Shown: positions 58,558 to 64,000 of the stretch, piece after piece
Layout: every line of letters starts with the position of its first letter
How positions within the stretch are numbered: the first letter of the stretch is position 1
Notes under the pieces: generated by a model
What the model was told of the DNA's origin: nothing
What the model saw: the letters and a program-made list of their open reading frames with translations, nothing else
Database searches by the model: none
NCBI GenBank assembly: GCA_965216755.1
Contig: CBDCGL010000011.1
Coordinates: forward strand, 3,488,001-3,552,000
Source of the DNA: Alphaproteobacteria bacterium
GTDB taxonomy: Bacteria > Pseudomonadota > Alphaproteobacteria > UBA7887
Length of the DNA stretch: 64,000 nucleotides
Direction: 5' to 3'
Position numbers and translations under genes: made by a program

Positions 58558-59241
58558 CTCGGATTCGTGACCGCCCAGATTCGAACGCGGACAAACGCGA
58601 AGCCGGCCGCGACCAAGACACGCGAGGCGAGCGCGGTGCTGATCGATCTTCATTTCAGGCAAACGGCGCAGTCAACGGCAACGGGCGATCAAACGCAAGG
58701 GTCTGTTGTTGAACATTCTTGGGACAAATCGGGCCATGGCGGCGGTCTTCTGGAGCCGACACGAGGCGTTCACGAAACCATCAGCGGCGCGTAACGCGTT
58801 GCCGACTTTCTTGCGTTGCTAAGAAGTTGAGTCCATCGCCGCGGTCTCGGCGCACGAGTTCGCGGTTTCGCCGGCCGTTCAGGTTCTGAACGGTCGTTCC
58901 AATGCGTTCGAACCACGGCTATTGCGACGCGATGCTGGCACGGTCTTGACGCCGCGTCTCGGCACGTCGGTCACCGACATACTCTGTTGCATCGTTGTTT
59001 TGTGTCACGCGGGCTTGATCGTCGCGGCGCTGGCGCAATTTGGTGATATTGAAACCTTTGACGCGCACCGAGCGTCCGTGGTGTTCGACCGTTGCGACAT
59101 GTTCGCTGTCAAAGAACAGGGCGCTTCGGCCCGTACGCCCGTCGGCCATCGACTATGCGCGACCACCGATCAGCTGCTTGTTTGCCACATGGTGCCCGTT
59201 GGGCCATGGCTGTCGCGTAGGGGGGCAGCCTGCGTCGGGTT

Positions 59242-60045
59242 GTGATGCCGCAAGAGCCGGCCTATGGTCCGGTGATGTCCAGCACATCCGATATTGAACC
59301 GGGCGCGAACGTGCCGCCGGCCCTGTTTGCGTTTTTCGAGGCGATGCCGCGTCAGGGGCCGGGATCGGCGACAGTGACACGCGCGTTACTCGATCGCTTT
59401 CGCGACCAATTGCCGTCTGAACCGGTCGCGGCCGATATGGGCTGCGGTAACGGCGCCGCCGGGCTGGTGCTGGCCGCGAGCGGCGCCCAGGTCACAGGTA
59501 TCGATATCCATCAGCCCTTTTTGGATCAGTTCGCCGCGGCGGCCGCGGACCGCGGCCTTGGCGACCGGGTGGTGACCCGGCGGGCCAGTATGACCGCAAG
59601 CGGGCTTGACCGGGCCAGCCTCGATCTCGTTTGGTCTGAAGGTGCGGTCTTTACCGTCGGGTTCGACACGGCCTTGGCGGCGTTCGAACCGCTTCTGCGA
59701 TCAGGCGGCCTGGTTGTCGTGTCGGAGTGTGTTTGGTTGCAGGCGCATGTGCCCGATACATTGCGCGCGTTTTGGGACCGCAACTACCCGAACATGCGCA
59801 CTGTCGGCGGCAATATTCGCGCCGCGGAAGGTGCCGGCTATCGATTCCTGCACGCGGAACTTTTACCGGCGGCGGTGTGGGAGGCCGAGTTCTATCAACC
59901 GATGGAACGGCTGATGTCTAAACAAGCGGCCGGCGCGGCACCCGATTTGATCGAACTGTTCCGCGAACAACGCGACGAAATGGACATGTTTCGCCGTTTT
60001 CATCACCTGTTCGGGTATGTGTTCCATCTATTCGTGAAGCCTTGA
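59242..60045 (+). CDS. Class I SAM-dependent methyltransferase
   Basis: PRQGPGS, ADMGCGNG, DLVWSEGA, LRSGG..VVSE..W, FGYVF. Confidence 0.88.
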   Translation: MMPQEPAYGPVMSSTSDIEPGANVPPALFAFFEAMPRQGPGSATVTRALLDRFRDQLPSEPVAADMGCGNGAAGLVLAASGAQVTGIDIHQPFLDQFAAAAADRGLGDRVVTRRASMTASGLDRASLDLVWSEGAVFTVGFDTALAAFEPLLRSGGLVVVSECVWLQAHVPDTLRAFWDRNYPNMRTVGGNIRAAEGAGYRFLHAELLPAAVWEAEFYQPMERLMSKQAAGAAPDLIELFREQRDEMDMFRRFHHLFGYVFHLFVKP

Positions 60046-60327
60046 CGCGTCGACCGTGCCAAGCCGGCTGTGCAGCCAGAGGCCGGCGGGGAGATGTTCG
60101 AGCCCGTCAATGTCAATACGTGGCCGCCATCCCCGCGATTGCGTAATGCGCGCACACGTCCCCAACCATCCTCCAGTCTCAGACGATAGTGTCGCCTTGC
60201 CCAGAGCACGAGTTGATCACGACAGCGCTCACAAATGTCCGAATCTCCGCGCCCCGGTGACACACGGACGGATGTTGCCGTAGCATACCGTCGGTGTTCT
60301 GTTTTACGTGGGAGGTTAAGAGAAACA

Positions 60328-60669
60328 ATGGCGTTGAAACGTATGGTGCTGGAAATCGGCAGCGGCAATGATCTGCATGGTGGCGACTACACCAAAGCAG
60401 CGGTCCGCGCGGTGCAGGATGCCATTCATCACAGCTCGCTAAGTCTCATTCGTTCGATGAACCTCGACGCGGAGGCCATGCATGTCGACGTAACGGTTGG
60501 CGTACAACGGCCCGACAAAGTCGATACATCTGCGGTTAGAGTGGCCTTGCCCCATGGCCAAGTCACAGTCAAGGCTGTCCAAGGCGGCTTGGACGTGGCC
60601 CATGACGATGGCGCCGACGTTGCGGTCATCGCCAGCGCCGCCATCGTCGTTAGCGTCGCGCTGCCGTAG
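60328..60669 (+). CDS. Lin0512 family protein
   Basis: LEIGSGNDLHGGDYTKAAVRAVQDAIHHSSL, LPHG, GGL; GGGAGG upstream. Confidence 0.85.
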   Translation: MALKRMVLEIGSGNDLHGGDYTKAAVRAVQDAIHHSSLSLIRSMNLDAEAMHVDVTVGVQRPDKVDTSAVRVALPHGQVTVKAVQGGLDVAHDDGADVAVIASAAIVVSVALP

Positions 60670-60883
60670 CGGGACCGACGCCCAGCATGGCGTGATCGAG
60701 CGGCCGCTGTCCCGGCGGTACTGTGGCTGTCACTACCGCCCATTCGCCGTTGAGCCAAGCGAGCAGTGTGTCCCGGTTGAAACGCCAATGGCGCCCGATA
60801 CGCCGCGCTGGCCCAGAAACAAGAAAGCAAAAAGAACCGGAAATGCCTAGCCGGGCCCGCGCGACCGACGAGTCGCCATCGCG

Positions 60884-61612
60884 CTATCTGAATAAGTCGG
60901 GGAAGCGCACGAACGGGTTGCCCACGTCCAGCAACTCGCGCACCGTCATAATTTCCAGTTGGCCCGCGTCGCTATCCGAAAGTGCCAAGGGCATTTTTTT
61001 GTCCGGCAGCCCCGACTTCGGCTCAACGACGAAGATAATTCCTTTGTCTTCTTCCCGAAGCCAAGATTCCAAGAACACATAAGCCGGCATACGGATATTG
61101 CCCCGCGACGGATCGGCGAGAAAGACGCGGTTATCCTTGACGCCGCGCAAGACCGCGAAATGCTTGTAACCGCGTGGCTCAATGAAGACAATTACGGGGC
61201 CGCGCAATTTCTGCAACGAGTCCGCCGCGATTCGAAAGCCCTGTGCGTTGTAGCCAAGTGCGTGCGCGACCCTCTGCAGGTCAAGCAGAGAAAAGCCTTC
61301 CTTTCGGCTCACCGCTTCCTGTTCTTCCGACAAGACCTCGAAGAGCTGGTTGAGAATATCGCGCTCGGTGATATCCACACCAAAGCCATAGCGCAGGATC
61401 GTGGCCAATGCCGCCGCGCCGCAGGAATAGTCAAAGCGCTGCCGGACCAGGTTGGCGTCACGCAGTTCGGTCATCGACCGAAGCGGCACATTCAGCCGGT
61501 TGCCGCCGCCGATCTCGATATTGGCAGCATAGCCCGGCGCGGCAGCCACTGTTAAGGCCACCGCTAAAGCAAGGCCCAAGGCCGCGCAATGACCGAAACC
61601 ACGATCTGCCAT
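60884..61612 (-). CDS. Stand-alone secreted C39-family cysteine peptidase (FapD-like)
   Basis: Signal peptide; RQRFDYSCGAAALAT, GFSLLDL, YKHFAV, LADPSRGN; no ABC or TM domains. Confidence 0.9.
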   Translation of the reverse strand: MADRGFGHCAALGLALAVALTVAAAPGYAANIEIGGGNRLNVPLRSMTELRDANLVRQRFDYSCGAAALATILRYGFGVDITERDILNQLFEVLSEEQEAVSRKEGFSLLDLQRVAHALGYNAQGFRIAADSLQKLRGPVIVFIEPRGYKHFAVLRGVKDNRVFLADPSRGNIRMPAYVFLESWLREEDKGIIFVVEPKSGLPDKKMPLALSDSDAGQLEIMTVRELLDVGNPFVRFPDLFR

Positions 61613-61994
61613 GGCTTGTCTCGTATGAATTTCGTGACGCCGTGTGATCGCATGGTCGTGTGCCGCCGTCAATGTTTGTCGTTGAGGCGACCTGGCACAG
61701 ATCTGGCGTCATCGTGGCCCATGCTTATCGCAAGGTGCGTGCAAACCAGGGGAGGCAGCGCGCCCCTGGTGAGACTTCGGCGGTTGCGGATCGCTCAATT
61801 TTCACAACAGGTTGGACGTGGGCAGTTGAGTCAAACCCCGCGCAATGCTTTGGGTCACCGAACCGATTTGGCGGCACAGCCGCACTGGGGTGTATTTTGC
61901 CCAAGCGTCAAGGGGATTCACTGGTTCTGTCAGCAACCCCATTCGCTAGAACGAAGACTGCATTGGATCGCCGCAAGGTACGGCCCTTGCGCGA

Positions 61995-62220
61995 TCATGC
62001 GTATGCCCTACGCGATCGGACGTTGGGGTCGAGCGCGCCGCGGGTCTTGCCCATATCTTCACCGGTCGTGGGGCTGGCTTCGAAACCTGCAATCGTCGTG
62101 AACCGACAGTTCGTCGCGCTTTGATCAGAGGGGGCTCGATGGCGCATCGTCGGCAACGGCCGTCCTCGCAGCGAAAATCAAGGCCATCCCTGCGAACGCA
62201 GCAATTGACTTGATGTGCAT
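61995..62220 (-). pseudogene. Frameshifted secreted precursor-like gene upstream of the C39 peptidase
   Basis: RBS AAGGAAAGGGA, then MHIKSIAAFAGMALIFAARTAVA-DDAPSSP; shifting one base in the C5 run (62130-62134) continues SDQSATNCRFTTIAGFEASPTTGEDMGKTRGALDPNVRSRRAYA*. Confidence 0.45.
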
Positions 62221-62544
62221 AACGTTCCCTTTCCTTGGAATTACAACTGTTTGGAGGGTGTCGCGTTTGGCGGTGTCGTTTCCCCTTTGTTTGGTTGTGT
62301 GAAGTTGTTCACACATGCACAACACGTGGCGGTTTAAGAAAAGGGTTAGCTGAGCAAGGTAATTTTGTCGTGGTGTCTGTATTCTTGGCGACCCGGCACG
62401 ACGCAAACGTCAAATCGCAATTCGTCTTACGTGTCTCTGGCACCGACGATGCCCTGTGAACCAATTCACAGACGGGTGTGTGATCATGCGATACAACCAC
62501 AAGACTTTCATGGATAAGCAAGCAATGGATGTGGTGCGATGATT

Positions 62545-62763
62545 ATGGGTAAAGACCTTAACGATGCGGTCCACGGCTTATCGGTCGCTTTGGCCGCTTT
62601 GGCACATACTTTGGATGAAAGCGGCGCCTTGCCGCGGGAGAAATTCCAAGAGTCGTTGCGCACCGCTTGGCTCGCCATGCCCGAAGACGACGCGCTCAGC
62701 GAGAAGGGCGCGGTTTTTGAGACGTTGCTTGACGCGTTGGACGCACCGGTCGCCACTTCATAG
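62545..62763 (+). CDS. Small hypothetical helical protein
   Basis: MGKDLNDAVHGLSVALAALAHTLDESGALPREKF...; protein-like amphipathic composition. Confidence 0.5.
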   Translation: MGKDLNDAVHGLSVALAALAHTLDESGALPREKFQESLRTAWLAMPEDDALSEKGAVFETLLDALDAPVATS

Positions 62764-63098
62764 CAGCGGCGAGACCGAGCGATGGCCGATCAGCCATCGC
62801 TGTGGATTTTTGATGGCATTGTCGCCGGGCCGAATCGAACTAGCGCATACTGATTTGATTGCCAAAATCGGCTCGACGCGTCGCGCGCTCGCGATTGCGT
62901 GACATCCGAAGCAGCGGGTCCACAGAAAACAAGCGAAATCGGTTTTGTTGGCGATCCGGCGCGGCAATCCACGTGAGGGGTGCCGCGACGCGATGCTTGC
63001 ACACTAGGCATGGCGTTGGACAACCTGGCCGACCGTGCCATCGTTGCGGCTGGTTCTGTCAGACTCCAAACGCGCGCCATGTCACAAGGGCCGAGAGT

Positions 63099-63833
63099 TC
63101 AGCCGCGTGGCGGCGGGCCCGGCGGCGCAGTGCCGCTCATCGCAATGTTAAATGTGCCGCGGCCGACTCCGTCAGCTCGGAGATCGCCGACATCGACAAC
63201 CAACATCTCTCTAAGACCCTCGGGTACGGACTGCAAGAGCAGGTCCGTGTCGTTAAGCGACTCGCCGGCAAAATACATTTGCGTGGTCAGCGTCGGGGCA
63301 AACGTTTGATGCACTTTGAAATGGATATGGGGCGGTCGCGTCCAGTTCTCGACTGGGCCGAAATCGACCGGATAGGGACCGGGCTTAACGGTGAGAAACC
63401 GATAACGGCCGTCTTCGTCTGTGGCCAGGCGCCCATAGCCTTGGAAGTTGGGGTCGCGCGGCGCGGGATTGGGGTCGCGCGGATGATCATAGCGGCCGGC
63501 GGCGTTGGCCTGCCACACTTCCAAGACTGCGTGGGGGACTGGTCGGCATTGCTCGTCAAGCACGCGGCCTACGATTTCCACAACCGTGCCGTCCGCGCGG
63601 CCCGAACCGGCCGCGACATTGGTCAGGTCCCAATCCTCGTCCGGCGTGACCAACGGATAGAACGGGCCGGTCATCTGGGTTGGTGTCACCTTGCAGGCTT
63701 GCGCGAATCCTCGGACTGGCGGCAGACCGACAGCAACGCTCGCCAATCCGGCGCCAATGCCGCCCAGCACCCGTCGCCGCGTTTGCATGGATTGTGTTTG
63801 TCGGCCGGGCGTGACAGCGCGCGATATGGTCAT
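63099..63833 (-). CDS. Intradiol ring-cleavage dioxygenase (protocatechuate 3,4-dioxygenase beta-like) with Tat signal
   Basis: TRRRVL twin-arginine signal, GPFYP, EVWQANAAGRY, TVKPGPY, RPPHIHF, TTQMYF. Confidence 0.88.
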   Translation of the reverse strand: MTISRAVTPGRQTQSMQTRRRVLGGIGAGLASVAVGLPPVRGFAQACKVTPTQMTGPFYPLVTPDEDWDLTNVAAGSGRADGTVVEIVGRVLDEQCRPVPHAVLEVWQANAAGRYDHPRDPNPAPRDPNFQGYGRLATDEDGRYRFLTVKPGPYPVDFGPVENWTRPPHIHFKVHQTFAPTLTTQMYFAGESLNDTDLLLQSVPEGLREMLVVDVGDLRADGVGRGTFNIAMSGTAPPGPPPRG

Positions 63834-64000
63834 TGTGTCCGCCTCATAGCTGTTGACCTTTGTTCATCAAATCATTTCGCCGATATCGCTGTCACCGATC
63901 CATGTCAGACCGCCCAAGCTCGACGCCGACAAAAGGCGGAAACCATCGCCCAATCGAATGAGGCCAAGGGCGCCGCCAAGGGCGCCGTATGTCACAGCGC

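Noticed and set aside
58663-59241. Short ORFs between mscS and the methyltransferase (e.g. 58919-59149 minus)
   Set aside because: No recognisable motif or clear RBS; possibly a gene remnant but unsupported.
61746-61770. Hairpin ACCAGGGG...CCCCTGGT as a second CCUCC-type sRNA
   Set aside because: Single hairpin with the CCTCCCC mostly in the stem and only a short T-run; more likely a weak terminator.
1-64000. tRNA, rRNA, transposase, prophage or anti-phage defence genes
   Set aside because: None recognised; the identifiable genes are metabolic, envelope or regulatory.

Overview
GC-rich (roughly 60-65% by eye) chromosomal segment of an alphaproteobacterium, probably Rhodospirillales-like (phaR, metXW, chorismate mutase-tyrC, DUF2125-chaC, nrdJ, pyrD). 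It is densely coding, with about 55 plausible genes, mostly metabolic. I saw no rRNA, tRNA, CRISPR array, prophage or transposase. The most notable items are: (1) two 84-bp AT-rich palindromic elements with identical 23-bp arms and 38-nt variable cores, each just after a stop codon (REPIN/MITE-like); (2) a Gram-negative sortase cassette with tandem VIT-vWA paralogs, one LPQTA-sorted and one apparently lipid-anchored, sharing a duplicated upstream motif; (3) a stand-alone secreted C39 peptidase with a frameshifted upstream gene carrying a signal peptide and a double-glycine-like leader; (4) a candidate CCUCC-loop two-hairpin sRNA behind a 35-aa membrane peptide; (5) a SoxYZ-fusion carrier among molybdo-hydroxylase genes; (6) a LexA box upstream of nrdJ; (7) an ORF overlapping a PhaC-like gene; (8) a second palindromic repeat family; and (9) several enzymes with altered catalytic motifs. 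All product calls come from motif recognition by eye; no database searches were run, and start codons are best guesses.
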